From Chlamydiota bacterium (GTDB taxonomy: Bacteria > Auribacterota > JACPWU01): a DNA stretch of 32,000 nucleotides. Each line of letters opens with the position of its first letter. Position 1 is the first letter of the stretch. The stretch spans positions 35,285-67,284 of the forward strand of contig JACPWU010000046.1 of the NCBI GenBank assembly GCA_016196885.1. The letters are read 5' to 3'. The notes below the pieces were generated by a model that was not told the origin of the DNA, searched no databases, and worked only from the letters and a program-made list of their open reading frames with translations. A program made the translations under genes and the position numbers. Positions 1-9,743 of the stretch are shown here, piece by piece.

Positions 1-1
1 A

Positions 2-205
2 CTCGAATTTATGGGAGAAGAAGTGATGATCGTACGCAATCATCATAACGTAGCCCGTATTATTCCTGGTTCTCCCCATCTCACTGCACTAGAAGCACTC
101 GCAGATCTTTACCGCACCCTCCCAGAAGATGCAGCTAAAAACTGGCTCAAGGAAAGTCGCATCCCTCATACCTTGAAAGAAATGAGAAACCCATGGGCGT
201 CTTGA
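2..205 (+). CDS. Type II antitoxin, Phd/YefM-like partner of the downstream PIN toxin; 5' end runs off the window
   Basis: The frame is open from base 2 (..LEFMGEEVMIVRNHHNVARIIPG..), so the listed ATG at 11 need not be the start. The GEEVMIVRNxxxVARIIP stretch resembles the strand core of Phd/YefM antitoxins. The stop (203-205) overlaps the ATG (193) of the PIN gene by 13 nt, the usual antitoxin-toxin layout. Confidence 0.6.
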   Translation, partial: LEFMGEEVMIVRNHHNVARIIPGSPHLTALEALADLYRTLPEDAAKNWLKESRIPHTLKEMRNPWAS

Positions 206-612
206 TCGACACCTGTATTTGGATTGATGTTGAGCGCGGAAAATTGTCTCCTGCGGATGTTGCCTCCTACACGGGTAGGGAACCTATTTTTATTTCTCCC
301 ATTACCATCGCTGAGCTTACCTATGGGATCGAACAAGTGAAAGGCAATCGACGCCTCTACGAATTACGCTTGGCCGCATTAAGTCGCTTACGCAAGAAAC
401 CTTCTCTTTCTATCGATACCACAACAGGCGAAATCTTTGGTCGACTTGCATCTTATTTAACAAATCACAAACGCAGTCATCATTTTCGAGTCCAAGATTT
501 ATGGCTTGCAAGTCAGGCGATTCAACAAGATATGAATCTTCTCACCTATAACGAAAAAGATTTTTCTGATATTCCGGGCCTTGATTTGACATTGATAAAG
601 CCCAAGAATTAA
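193..612 (+). CDS. vapC: PIN-domain ribonuclease toxin (VapC family)
   Basis: 139 aa. N-terminal LIDTCIWID carries the first PIN acidic residue. ITIAELTYG, RVQDLWLA and NEKDF supply the later acidic positions. Size and position directly after a small overlapping antitoxin ORF fit VapC. Confidence 0.85.
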   Translation: MGVLIDTCIWIDVERGKLSPADVASYTGREPIFISPITIAELTYGIEQVKGNRRLYELRLAALSRLRKKPSLSIDTTTGEIFGRLASYLTNHKRSHHFRVQDLWLASQAIQQDMNLLTYNEKDFSDIPGLDLTLIKPKN

Positions 613-614
613 TT

Positions 615-3344
615 TTACGATCCCACCTGCGACTTCACAAACTCAAGGCTTTTTAAAAGTTTTTCTTTCTGCTCTCGCATCTGATTTCTTTTTTCTTTTT
701 CTTTCTCAACCACCTCACGAGGTGCCCTTTTCAAAAAATCTTGATTTTGGAGACGTCCCTCCAGTTTTTGAAGACCCCCCTCGATTTCTTGTAGTTGTTT
801 TTCGAGTCGTGTCATTTCTCCCGTAAAATCAAAACCTCCCTCCAAATGCATAAAAACAGTTCCTGCCTGAGACAGACTGGAGGGAGTCGGTTGGGCGGGT
901 GTAAAATGAGAATCAATCTCCAGATGAGAGGCCTTGAGAAGTCGCTGAAGTTCTTGGCTTTGAGATAAGAGCAAAGTTTTATCTCCTGCACTGGCTGGTT
1001 TAATCACAAATTTTACCTCTTGGGCAGGCTTGATCTGATATTCAGCCCTTAAATTTCGGCCCACGCGAATCAAATCATATTTCTTTTCTACCTGAAGCAC
1101 CGCCTCAGCATCGATCCAGCTCTTTTTAGATTTGGGCCAGGACTCTATCATAATGGAAGAAGAGGCCTTCGGTAAAAATCCCATTTCTTTTAATCGCTGC
1201 CAAATCTCTTCTGTCACAAACGGCATGATGGGATGAAGAAGACGCAGAGACATTTCTAAAACGGTTAGAAGCACTTTCTGCGTACGAATTTTCTGATCGG
1301 AAACTTCTGCATGCAAAATGGGCTTGACAGCCTCAATATAGCGATCACAAAAGTGATGCCAGAAAAAATCATAGAGCAAATGGGCAGCTTCATTGAAACG
1401 ATATTTTTCCAAAGAGCGGGTCACCTTTCCCGCTACCTCATGTAATTTCGACAAGATATAAGAATCTTCCAAAGACAAATCTTCGGGTTTTCTTTCCAAA
1501 AGTCGAGCGTCGGATCCCTCTAGAGTCATCATCAGGAAGCGAGATGCGTTCCAGATTTTATTTGCAAAATTGCGTCCCATTTCAAATTTATCCTTTGATA
1601 AATAAACGTCTTGACCCTGAGCCGTAATCATAATCAAACTCATGCGAAGCGCATCCGTCCCATATTCATCAATGATTTCCAGGGGATCAATGATGTTGCC
1701 CAAGGATTTACTCATCTTGGTCCCCGTGTGATCCCGAACGGTCCCATGGATATAAATATGAGAAAAGGGCTTCTCCCCCATGAATTCAAAACCGGCCATG
1801 ATCATGCGGGCCACCCAGAAAAAAATAATTTCCTGAGCCGTCACCAAAGTTGCAGTCGGATAATAAAATCTTTGATCTTCATCCTTTTCAGGCCAGCCCA
1901 TGGTAGAAAAAGGCCAGAGCCAAGATGAGAACCAGGTGTCCAGAACATCGGAGTCTTGTTCTAATTCAGTAGAGCCACAGGTTGGGCATTTTTCGGGCCT
2001 TTCTTTCGCAACAATGATCCCTGGATGATATGATTTATTTTTTCTGTCTTCTGACTTCTGACTTCTGTCTTCTGTCTTCCGACAATTTTGACAATACCAA
2101 ACCGGAATCCGATGCCCCCACCAAATCTGTCGCGAGATGCACCAATCTCTGATATTCTCCATCCACCTCAGATATACTTTAGTCCATCGCTTGGGATAAA
2201 ATTTAATTTCTCCTTTCTCCACCGCTTGCAGAGCCTTCTTGGCCAAAGGCTTCATGCGCACAAACCACTGGGGAGAAAGTCTGGGCTCCACCATCGTATG
2301 ACAGCGATAACAATGTCCGACCGCATGTTGATGCGGCTCGACTTTCTTTAAAAGGTTTCTCTCTTCTAAATCTTCTAAAATTAATTTCCGGCACTGAAAG
2401 CGGTCTAGACCCTGATAGCGAGGCCCCGCATTTTCATTCATGTGACCATCGTCTGTCATCACATTGATTGGCTTAAGTCCGTGACGCTCGCCCATTAAAA
2501 AATCATTGGGATCATGAGCGGGTGTCACCTTCACCACCCCTGTACCAAACTTGGGATCTACAAAATCATCTTGAACTACGGGAAGTTCACGATTCAAGAA
2601 AGGAAGTAAAATTTTTTTCGAGAGGATGTCTTTGTAACGCTTGTCCTTGGGATGAACCGCGACCGCCACATCTCCCAACAAAGTTTCAGGCCGCGTTGTC
2701 GCGACCAACACAAACTCGCCTGCCCCTTGAATGGGATAGGCAATGTGATAGAGATTTCCTTGTATCTCCTGATGCATGGCCTCTTCATCCGAGAGAGCCG
2801 TTTGACAACGGGGACACCAATTAATGATGTATTCACCTTTATAAATCAATCCCTTATCATAAAGATGACAGAACACCTCTAATACCGCCTTGCTCAGCCC
2901 CTCATCCATGGTGAAACGAAGCCGTCGCCAATCGCAAGAAGAACCCAGACGTTTGAGCTGATTGACAATGGTATTGCCATATTGATCTCGCCACTGCCAA
3001 ACTTTTTTCAGAAAACCTTCTCGCCCCAAATCCTTTCGGTGAGTTCCCTCTTTTGCCAACATCTTTTCAACCACATTTTGAGTCGCAATGCCCGCATGAT
3101 CTGTCCCCGGGATCCAAAGCGCATTCCATCCCTGCATGCGTTTCAGACGAATGAGAATGTCTTGAAGCGTATTGTTCAAGGCATGCCCCATGTGGAGAAT
3201 ACCCGTGATGTTGGGAGGAGGAATGACAATGGTATAGGGCTTGCCGCCTTTTTCGCGATCGGCATTAAATAAACCCTGATCCAGCCAAAAGCTGTACCAT
3301 TTATTTTCAGCGTCTTTGGGATTGTACTGACTGGGAATGTTCAT
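615..3344 (-). CDS. valS: Valyl-tRNA synthetase
   Basis: 909 aa. Class I signatures PPPNITGILHMGH (HIGH) and KMSKSLGN (KMSKS), a WYCQNC...CPTCGS zinc knuckle, and a C-terminal coiled coil typical of ValRS. Confidence 0.97.
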   Translation of the reverse strand: MNIPSQYNPKDAENKWYSFWLDQGLFNADREKGGKPYTIVIPPPNITGILHMGHALNNTLQDILIRLKRMQGWNALWIPGTDHAGIATQNVVEKMLAKEGTHRKDLGREGFLKKVWQWRDQYGNTIVNQLKRLGSSCDWRRLRFTMDEGLSKAVLEVFCHLYDKGLIYKGEYIINWCPRCQTALSDEEAMHQEIQGNLYHIAYPIQGAGEFVLVATTRPETLLGDVAVAVHPKDKRYKDILSKKILLPFLNRELPVVQDDFVDPKFGTGVVKVTPAHDPNDFLMGERHGLKPINVMTDDGHMNENAGPRYQGLDRFQCRKLILEDLEERNLLKKVEPHQHAVGHCYRCHTMVEPRLSPQWFVRMKPLAKKALQAVEKGEIKFYPKRWTKVYLRWMENIRDWCISRQIWWGHRIPVWYCQNCRKTEDRSQKSEDRKNKSYHPGIIVAKERPEKCPTCGSTELEQDSDVLDTWFSSWLWPFSTMGWPEKDEDQRFYYPTATLVTAQEIIFFWVARMIMAGFEFMGEKPFSHIYIHGTVRDHTGTKMSKSLGNIIDPLEIIDEYGTDALRMSLIMITAQGQDVYLSKDKFEMGRNFANKIWNASRFLMMTLEGSDARLLERKPEDLSLEDSYILSKLHEVAGKVTRSLEKYRFNEAAHLLYDFFWHHFCDRYIEAVKPILHAEVSDQKIRTQKVLLTVLEMSLRLLHPIMPFVTEEIWQRLKEMGFLPKASSSIMIESWPKSKKSWIDAEAVLQVEKKYDLIRVGRNLRAEYQIKPAQEVKFVIKPASAGDKTLLLSQSQELQRLLKASHLEIDSHFTPAQPTPSSLSQAGTVFMHLEGGFDFTGEMTRLEKQLQEIEGGLQKLEGRLQNQDFLKRAPREVVEKEKEKRNQMREQKEKLLKSLEFVKSQVGS
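2039..2080. repeat. Six tandem heptamers (TTTTTCT GTCTTCT GACTTCT GACTTCT GTCTTCT GTCTTCC) inside valS
   Basis: Read directly from the sequence. 42 nt = 14 codons, translated on the minus strand as RKTEDRSQKSEDRK between the two CxxC pairs of the ValRS zinc knuckle. Confidence 0.9.
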
Positions 3345-3348
3345 CTTG

Positions 3349-3741
3349 TTATTTTATCTTGAGGTTTAAAATAAAATCCCTAATCTCAGAAAACATCTTG
3401 AAGGCGTTCGCCGCGTCCTTTTTATGAGGCAAACCATCAGGCAAAGAACCCGGAAGAGCATCAGGATAACGAGTCGGAATATAAAACTTATCTAGCTCAC
3501 GAAAGAAATCTTTAAACTCACTGAGGCGTGGCTCAAGTGAATGAGAAAAAGTAAAAAGCTCTAAGAGACTATGCGTCTTGTGAATAGGTCTATTGCGAAT
3601 AAACAAAAAACCCTTCAGAAGTTTTTCCACACCTTGTTGAGCATGAAAACATGTCTGATTATAGATCTCGTCCTCAAGAGCACTCTGAGCCATATGATAG
3701 TCCTCGTCCGCAAAATTGAACCACGGATTATTTACGCTCAT
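3349..3741 (-). CDS. HEPN-domain protein (toxin half of a HEPN/MNT pair)
   Basis: 130 aa. DYHMAQSALE...FHAQQGVEKLLKG and FYIPTRYPD are characteristic of the small HEPN family. It overlaps the upstream nucleotidyltransferase gene by 14 nt. Confidence 0.8.
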   Translation of the reverse strand: MSVNNPWFNFADEDYHMAQSALEDEIYNQTCFHAQQGVEKLLKGFLFIRNRPIHKTHSLLELFTFSHSLEPRLSEFKDFFRELDKFYIPTRYPDALPGSLPDGLPHKKDAANAFKMFSEIRDFILNLKIK

Positions 3742-4072
3742 AGAGGACTTTTCCCCTTTTTAGAATTTCTTCTTTAATAAAATACCTGTTTTCCTTAACC
3801 ATCTGATTCCATTCACGAGGTGTATAAACCAACGCATCCATGGAAAACTTAGGATTAGCAATAAATAGAACATCTCCAATACGATCCAAAAATCGTTTTT
3901 TGGTTTCTTTGACAATTGCAAGGTCAATATCACTGGCTTCTTTTACCTGACCACTCGCCAAAGATCCAAAAAGATAAATTTTTTCAGGATGATATTTCTG
4001 AATAATTCTTGGTAAAATTTTCTTCAGTTCGCTCTGAAGATTTTTTTTTCTCTTTAAACTCAGGACATTCAA
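3728..4072 (-). CDS. Minimal nucleotidyltransferase (MNT antitoxin half of a HEPN/MNT pair)
   Basis: 114 aa. LFGSLASGQVKEASDIDLAIV matches the GS-x(9-13)-DxD pol-beta nucleotidyltransferase signature. It is paired with the overlapping HEPN gene. Confidence 0.8.
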   Translation of the reverse strand: MNVLSLKRKKNLQSELKKILPRIIQKYHPEKIYLFGSLASGQVKEASDIDLAIVKETKKRFLDRIGDVLFIANPKFSMDALVYTPREWNQMVKENRYFIKEEILKRGKVLYERK

Positions 4073-4087
4073 TGGGGTTTACCTTTC

Positions 4088-5677
4088 TCAAGATTTTTTT
4101 GCGGATTTCCCTTCTTCATCTTTGAGCAATTTATATTCAAGGCTATCCACCAACGCCTCCCAGGAGGCTTCAATGATGTTCTCACTGACACCCACCGTTC
4201 CCCATAAAGCCTGATCGTCTTTGGTTTCAATCAGAACACGCACTTTGGCTCCGGTTCCACCTTTGGCATCCAGAACTCTCACCTTAAAATCTTCCAAATG
4301 AACTTTTTCTAGGCTCGGGTAGAATCCCACCAAAGCTTTTCGCAAGGCGTTGTCTAAGGCATTCACAGGACCGTCGCCTTCTGCCGCCGTATGCTCTGAA
4401 ACTCCATCCACTTTGACCTTGATGGTGGCTTCGCAATGAGAATGACCCGCCCCTCTTTTTTCAATGATCACTCGAAAACCTTCTAATTCAAAAAAGGGCT
4501 TGTGCCTCTGAAGAATTTTTTGCACCAAAAGTTTGAACGAAGCCTCAGCCGCTTCATATTCATAACCTTCATGCTCCATTTTCTTCAGTTCTTGGACAAT
4601 CTGTTTTAAATCCACATCGTTTTTGGTCAAATCAATTCCCAGTTCTACACCCTTAAACCAAATGTTGCTCCGCCCCGCTAATTCAGAAACCAGAATCCTT
4701 CTTTGATTTCCCACAGACTCTGGCTTGACATGTTCAAAACTTTTCTCGACTTTCTGAACTGCATTCACATGCGTCCCACCTTTATGAGAAAAAGCGCTTG
4801 TGCCCACATAAGGGGCCCGCTCATCATGTCGCACATTGGCCAGTTCATCCACAAATCGAGAGAGTTCCACCAAGCGTTTCAATTTATCAGCAGGCAAACA
4901 GGGATAACCCAATTTCAATTGAAGATTGGGAATAATGGTACATAAATTGGCATTGCCACAACGCTCCCCGTAGCCATTGATGGTCCCCTGGACTTGAAGT
5001 GCGCCCAACTGAATCGCCAAAACGGAGTTGGCCACCGCCAACCCAGAATCGTTGTGCGAATGAATTCCCAAAGGAATTTTTATTTTCTTCGAAACTACTT
5101 CTATGATTTCTTTTAAATCAAGCGACAACGTCCCGCCATTGGTGTCGCACAAAGCGATACAATCCGCCCCCGCTTCCTCAGCCGCTTGAATCGTTTTCAA
5201 GGCGTATTCGGGATTGTCTTTAAACCCATCAAAGAAATGCTCGGCGTCATAAACCACTTCGCGGTCATGGTCTTTTAAGAAACGTACCGTATCTCGAATG
5301 ATGGCCAAATTTTCATCGCCCGTGGTGCCCAAAATATGCTGAACATGCAGCATCCAACTTTTCCCAAAAATAGTCACCACCGAAGTTTCTGCGTCAAGAA
5401 GGGCCTTGACTTGGGGATCATTTTTAACAGAGGTATTGGCCCTTCGAGTACTTCCAAACGCGACCAATTTGGCCTGTTTCAGAGACAAACGCCTGGCCTC
5501 TTTAAAAAAAGCCACTTCCTTGGGATTAGCCCCCGGCCATCCCCCTTCAATATAAGGAATTGCAAAGTCATCCAGCTTTTCAACAATGCGCAGTTTATCC
5601 GCACTGGAAAAAGAAATTCCCGCCGCCTGAGCGCCGTCTCTGAGCGTGGTGTCGTAAATGATAATTTTTTTATGCAT
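4088..5677 (-). CDS. cimA: Citramalate synthase (LeuA/CimA family, long form with C-terminal regulatory domain)
   Basis: 529 aa. [26 protein letters not shown] and [13 protein letters not shown] (HxH metal site). From memory the N-terminus is very close to the Geobacter-type CimA rather than LeuA. It sits next to lysC/thrC/hom. Confidence 0.8.
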   Translation of the reverse strand: MHKKIIIYDTTLRDGAQAAGISFSSADKLRIVEKLDDFAIPYIEGGWPGANPKEVAFFKEARRLSLKQAKLVAFGSTRRANTSVKNDPQVKALLDAETSVVTIFGKSWMLHVQHILGTTGDENLAIIRDTVRFLKDHDREVVYDAEHFFDGFKDNPEYALKTIQAAEEAGADCIALCDTNGGTLSLDLKEIIEVVSKKIKIPLGIHSHNDSGLAVANSVLAIQLGALQVQGTINGYGERCGNANLCTIIPNLQLKLGYPCLPADKLKRLVELSRFVDELANVRHDERAPYVGTSAFSHKGGTHVNAVQKVEKSFEHVKPESVGNQRRILVSELAGRSNIWFKGVELGIDLTKNDVDLKQIVQELKKMEHEGYEYEAAEASFKLLVQKILQRHKPFFELEGFRVIIEKRGAGHSHCEATIKVKVDGVSEHTAAEGDGPVNALDNALRKALVGFYPSLEKVHLEDFKVRVLDAKGGTGAKVRVLIETKDDQALWGTVGVSENIIEASWEALVDSLEYKLLKDEEGKSAKKS

Positions 5678-5694
5678 AATGCATATTCTTCGTT

Positions 5695-6918
5695 TTAGGC
5701 ATGATTTATTCCAAGACCAAACTTTTGATGAACCGTCTGAACAGCCTTATCTGCATACTCCCTTCTGATGACACAAGAAATCTTAATTTCGGAAGTGCTG
5801 ATCATCAGAATGTTAATCCCCTCTTTGGCCAAGGCTTCAAAAAGATTCGCCGCCACTCCGGAATGACTTTTCATCCCAATCCCCACAACAGACACCTTTG
5901 CAATTTTGTCATCGGAATCAATTTTCTGAGCCCCCACTTCATTGGCCGCATTTTTAAGCACGTTGAGCGTCTTAGATAAATCCGTCTGGCTCACCGTAAA
6001 GGAAATATCCGTATGCCCCTGTTCACTGACGTTTTGAATAATCATGTCAATATTGATATGGGCATCCGCCAGAAGCTTAAAAATCTTGGCTGCAATCCCT
6101 GGTTTATCTGCCACTTTGCTGATAGTCACCTTTGCCTGATCTTTGTCCGCTGTCACACCGCGTATCACTACATCTTCCATTTCTCGAGCCTCCTCTACAA
6201 TCATCGTGCCAGGTTCGTCATTGAAACTGGACCGAACGTGAATCTTGACCCCATATTTTTTCGCAAATTCAATCGACCTCGAATGCATCACCTTCGCCCC
6301 AAGACTGGCCAATTCTAGCATTTCATCATAAGAGATTTCAGGAATTCTCTTCGCCTCGGAAACCACGCGAGGATCTGTCGTAAAAATACCATTCACATCT
6401 GTATAAATTTCGCAATCATCCGCCTTAAGCACCGCCGCCAAAGCCACCGCTGTCGTGTCTGATCCTCCACGTCCCAAAGTCGTGATATCCTGAGCTTCAT
6501 TCACCCCTTGAAAACCCGCCACAATCACGATATTTCCCTCTTTCAAAGCACTTGTCACACGATCTGTACTGATGCTGCGAATTTTCGCCTTGGTGTGAAC
6601 ATTGTCTGTAAAAATTCCGACCTGTGCCCCTGTGAAAGAAATGGCTGAACACCCGAGCGCATGAACGGCCATGCTCAAAAGGGCCGCTGACATTTGCTCT
6701 CCCGTCGCCATCAACATATCCATCTCTCTTTCGCTGGGATCATCCGTCATTTTTTTGGCCAAATCAATCAAATCATCTGTGGTATCTCCCAAGGCTGAAA
6801 CCACCGCGACCACATCATTGCCCGCTTTCTTAGCGGCCACAATTCTTCGAGCCACATTTTTAATGCGCTCTGGATTTGCAACAGAACTTCCACCGTATTT
6901 TTGAACAATCAAAGACAT
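5695..6918 (-). CDS. lysC: Aspartate kinase
   Basis: [13 protein letters not shown] start and two C-terminal ACT-like repeats. I prefer the ATG at 6918 (AAGGGG 8 nt upstream) over the track start at 6942, whose extra MGIKGVFI has no counterpart in aspartokinases. Confidence 0.93.
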   Translation of the reverse strand: MSLIVQKYGGSSVANPERIKNVARRIVAAKKAGNDVVAVVSALGDTTDDLIDLAKKMTDDPSEREMDMLMATGEQMSAALLSMAVHALGCSAISFTGAQVGIFTDNVHTKAKIRSISTDRVTSALKEGNIVIVAGFQGVNEAQDITTLGRGGSDTTAVALAAVLKADDCEIYTDVNGIFTTDPRVVSEAKRIPEISYDEMLELASLGAKVMHSRSIEFAKKYGVKIHVRSSFNDEPGTMIVEEAREMEDVVIRGVTADKDQAKVTISKVADKPGIAAKIFKLLADAHINIDMIIQNVSEQGHTDISFTVSQTDLSKTLNVLKNAANEVGAQKIDSDDKIAKVSVVGIGMKSHSGVAANLFEALAKEGINILMISTSEIKISCVIRREYADKAVQTVHQKFGLGINHA

Positions 6919-6932
6919 AATAAAAACCCCTT

Positions 6933-7046
6933 TAATTCCCAATAACCAATAACAAATGACAAATTAATTCCCAATGAACCAATGTCTAATTAAACATTGG
7001 CTATTAGTCATTCATTTGTCATTTGAAATTGGTCATTTGTCATTTC
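6933..7046. repeat. Palindromic thrC-lysC spacer built from heptamer-like units around a central hairpin
   Basis: Central hairpin CCAATGT(6979-6985)/ACATTGG(6994-7000). 11-nt inverted repeat AAATGACAAAT(6954-6964)/ATTTGTCATTT(7014-7024). TCATTTG/GTCATTT units are repeated again at 7033-7045. Direct repeat TAATTCCCAAT at 6933 and 6964. Confidence 0.8.
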
Positions 7047-7048
7047 AC

Positions 7049-8104
7049 CTATACCCACTTCAACACCTCTTCCACTCTGGGTTTAATCACCTTCGGTTCT
7101 CCAGCCACCTTCATCGCCCGATCGGGATCTTTTAAACCATGCCCTGTCAGAGTAGCCACAATCATTTTTTCTCCAGAGTCCTTGAAAAACCCTTCCTTGT
7201 TGAGTTTTATCAAACCTGCAAAAGACGCAGCAGAAGCAGGCTCTGCAAAAATGCCATCCATTTTCGCAAGCATTTGATAAGCTTTCAGAATTTCCTCATC
7301 CGTTACTTTATCAATTTTTCCTTGAGAGGCTTGAACCGTATCCACAGCCTTTTGCCAATTGGCAGGATTGCCAATTTTAATGGCCGTCGCGAGGGTCTCG
7401 GGTTTCTCAATCACATGGCCCTCCACAATGGGTGCCGCACCCGCTGCCTGAAAACCCATCATTTTGGGAAGACGATTAGACTTTTTCAATTTAAAATATT
7501 CTTGATATCCCATCCAGTAGGCCGAAATATTTCCAGCATTCCCCACGGGAATAAAATGATAATCCGGTGCCTTTCCAAGTGCATCGCAAATCTCAAAGGC
7601 TGCCGTTTTCTGACCTTCCAAACGATAAGGATTAATAGAATTTACAAGTGTAAGCGGATGTTTCTTCCCTACTTCTTTAACCACATTCAAGGCCTCGTCA
7701 AAACTTCCCTCCACCGCCAACACAACTGCGCCATGCATCAAGGCCTGAGCCAGTTTTCCCAAGGCAATGCCCCCTTGAGGCACCAGCACAATACACTTCA
7801 TCTTCGCCCGAGCCGCATAAGCTGCGGCTGCGGCTGAGGTATTTCCTGTTGAGGCGCAAATGACGGCTTGAGAACCCTCTTCTAAAGCCTTTGAAATCGC
7901 CATCGTCATCCCACGATCCTTAAAAGATCCCGTGGGATTGGCCCCTTCAAATTTAAAATAAATTTTCAATCCATTCCCTAAAAACTCACTGATATTCTTT
8001 CCATAAATGAGCGGAGTATTCCCCTCATGAAGGGTGACAATCGGCGTGCGATCACTCACCGGAAGAAGGTTGCGATAATGATGAATCAATCCTTGCCAGT
8101 ACAT
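7049..8104 (-). CDS. thrC: Threonine synthase
   Basis: 351 aa. [19 protein letters not shown]-lysine motif, and an N-terminus ([24 protein letters not shown]) typical of short ThrC. AGAGGAG lies upstream of the ATG. Confidence 0.95.
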   Translation of the reverse strand: MYWQGLIHHYRNLLPVSDRTPIVTLHEGNTPLIYGKNISEFLGNGLKIYFKFEGANPTGSFKDRGMTMAISKALEEGSQAVICASTGNTSAAAAAYAARAKMKCIVLVPQGGIALGKLAQALMHGAVVLAVEGSFDEALNVVKEVGKKHPLTLVNSINPYRLEGQKTAAFEICDALGKAPDYHFIPVGNAGNISAYWMGYQEYFKLKKSNRLPKMMGFQAAGAAPIVEGHVIEKPETLATAIKIGNPANWQKAVDTVQASQGKIDKVTDEEILKAYQMLAKMDGIFAEPASAASFAGLIKLNKEGFFKDSGEKMIVATLTGHGLKDPDRAMKVAGEPKVIKPRVEEVLKWV

Positions 8105-8159
8105 TTTATTTAGAATTCTCCTCTGACACCTTAATGGTTATCTCTAGCCACCCTCTAGA

Positions 8160-8239
8160 GTCATCCCCGAGTGTCCTAATCGGGGATCCAGAAAAACTTC
8201 TCAAACCGTGGATTCCCGCTTGCAACCTGCGGGAATGAC
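8160..8239. repeat. Two mirrored GC hairpins (GTCATCCCCGA..TCGGGGATCCA and TGGATTCCCGC..GCGGGAATGAC) forming an 80-nt palindrome
   Basis: Stems 8163-8170/8180-8187 and 8212-8219/8229-8236, read directly. The two units are reverse complements of each other in design and lie in the hom-thrC spacer. Confidence 0.8.
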
Positions 8240-8281
8240 AACTTATATACATTTTAAATTTATGATAATGATAAATATAAG

Positions 8282-9580
8282 TTAATTCTCTTCTGACTCT
8301 TCTACTCTAATCCTTAACGTTTTTTTACGAATAGCACTCAAACGATCAATGGTTTGAATCGCTTGTCTAAAATTTTTCTCCTTGGCCTGATGCGTCATAA
8401 TCACCACAGGCACAGGCCCGCTTTGATGGCGCTCCGGCTGAATCACAGACGCAATGCTGATGCCATTCTCACCTAGAATCCCTGCAATTCTGGCCAAAAC
8501 ACCCGGCTTATCCAAGGCCGAAAAGCGCAAATAAGACCGGCACTCCAGTTCATCCATATTTTGAATCGCTTTTTGACTCTCTTTTCGGGTCGTGGAAAAA
8601 CTCGAAAAACCATGACCCATTTGCTTCGCAATATCCACCAAATCTCCCACCACCGCACTCGCTGTGGGACGTTCTCCAGCGCCTCTCCCGTAGAAAAGCC
8701 CACGACCCACATAGTCCCCTTCATAATAAATGGCGTTATAAACCCCATTCACAGAAGCCAGCAAATGCGTCTGAGGGATCAAGGTCGGATGAACCCTAGC
8801 CTCCAAAGAGGCTCCTTTATCCTTCGCAATCGCCAAAAGCTTAACGGCATAACCAAATTGACGCACATATTGAATATCTAAAGAAGTGATTTGAGTAATC
8901 CCTTCGACATAAACTTTCTTAAAATCAATCCAATGCCCATACGCCAAAGAAGCCAAAATCACCAACTTATGTGCAGAGTCAATCCCTTCTATGTCTAAAG
9001 TTGAATTGGCCTCTGCATAGCCAAGAGATTTTGCTTGAGCCAAAGCTTCTTCAAAATCCATATTCTCCAAAGTCATCTTGCTCAAAATATAATTAGACGT
9101 TCCGTTCACAATCCCGCAAATTGTCTTAAAATGATTTCCGACCAGTCCCTCTCGAAAGCCCTTAATCACAGGGATTCCGCCGCCGACGCTCCCCTCAAAA
9201 AAAAGATTTTTCCCAGAGCGCTCAGCTGCGCGAAAAAGTTCACGCCCACATTCAGCCAAAAGGGCCTTGTTCGCCGTCACCACATGCTTTCCCTGTTTCA
9301 ACGCCTTCAAAATAAATTCTTTGGCGGGATGAAGCCCTCCAATCAGTTCAATCACGATTTCAATTTGAGGATCCTGAAGAATTTCATCGGCATTCAGAGT
9401 TAAAAGAGAAGAAGATACTTTGATCGCCCTCTTTCTCCCAGGATCCCGATCCGCAATTTTAACGAGTTCGATTTTTCGGCCCGCCCTTTGAAAGATCAAT
9501 TCTTGATTCTCTCTCAAAAGACGCACCACCCCCGTCCCGACCGTGCCAAAACCGATTAAACCTACTTTGATTGTATTCAA
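8282..9580 (-). CDS. hom: Homoserine dehydrogenase
   Basis: NTIKVGLIGFGTVGTG NAD-binding start and a C-terminal ACT domain. I place the start at TTG 9580 (GGAGG 6 nt upstream). The track extension to 9745 reads through repeat sequence and has no homologous look. Confidence 0.9.
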   Translation of the reverse strand: MNTIKVGLIGFGTVGTGVVRLLRENQELIFQRAGRKIELVKIADRDPGRKRAIKVSSSLLTLNADEILQDPQIEIVIELIGGLHPAKEFILKALKQGKHVVTANKALLAECGRELFRAAERSGKNLFFEGSVGGGIPVIKGFREGLVGNHFKTICGIVNGTSNYILSKMTLENMDFEEALAQAKSLGYAEANSTLDIEGIDSAHKLVILASLAYGHWIDFKKVYVEGITQITSLDIQYVRQFGYAVKLLAIAKDKGASLEARVHPTLIPQTHLLASVNGVYNAIYYEGDYVGRGLFYGRGAGERPTASAVVGDLVDIAKQMGHGFSSFSTTRKESQKAIQNMDELECRSYLRFSALDKPGVLARIAGILGENGISIASVIQPERHQSGPVPVVIMTHQAKEKNFRQAIQTIDRLSAIRKKTLRIRVEESEEN

Positions 9581-9690
9581 CGATAACCTCCAGAATAGGC
9601 TAGGAATATAGCATTCACATCGGGTTAGTTTCAAATGAAAAGGAAACACGAAACAACGTAGTTCATTCCGATAGGGAGGGGAGAAACCAG

Positions 9691-9743
9691 GGACGAGGGA
9701 CGACGGAAGAAGGATGCAAAAGAATTTAAGTCGTCCCTCGTCC
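9691..9743 (-). terminator. 14-bp perfect GC-rich hairpin spanning the dedA stop codon (possible terminator/attenuator between dedA and hom)
   Basis: GGACGAGGGACGAC (9691-9704) is the exact reverse complement of GTCGTCCCTCGTCC (9730-9743), with a 25-nt loop. On the minus-strand RNA it is followed by CUGGUUUCUC. The U-tract is weak and the loop long, hence low confidence as a terminator. Confidence 0.3.

Noticed and set aside
2039-2080. Short tandem repeats (here and at 6933-7046 and 9731-9761) as CRISPR arrays
   Set aside because: The units are 7 nt with no spacers. No 24-40-nt direct repeats separated by unique spacers occur anywhere in the window.
6919-7048. Lysine riboswitch or T-box leader upstream of lysC (and a T-box upstream of valS)
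   Set aside because: The lysC spacer is only about 130 nt of AT-rich palindrome without L-box-like conserved helices. valS has a 4-nt gap to the preceding gene, leaving no room for a leader.
7139-7837. 232-aa plus-strand ORF antisense to thrC (and similar long antisense ORFs in valS, cimA, lysC, hom and a2m)
   Set aside because: Composition is His/Arg/Cys/Phe-rich and non-protein-like. Each is fully contained in a minus-strand gene with unmistakable family motifs.
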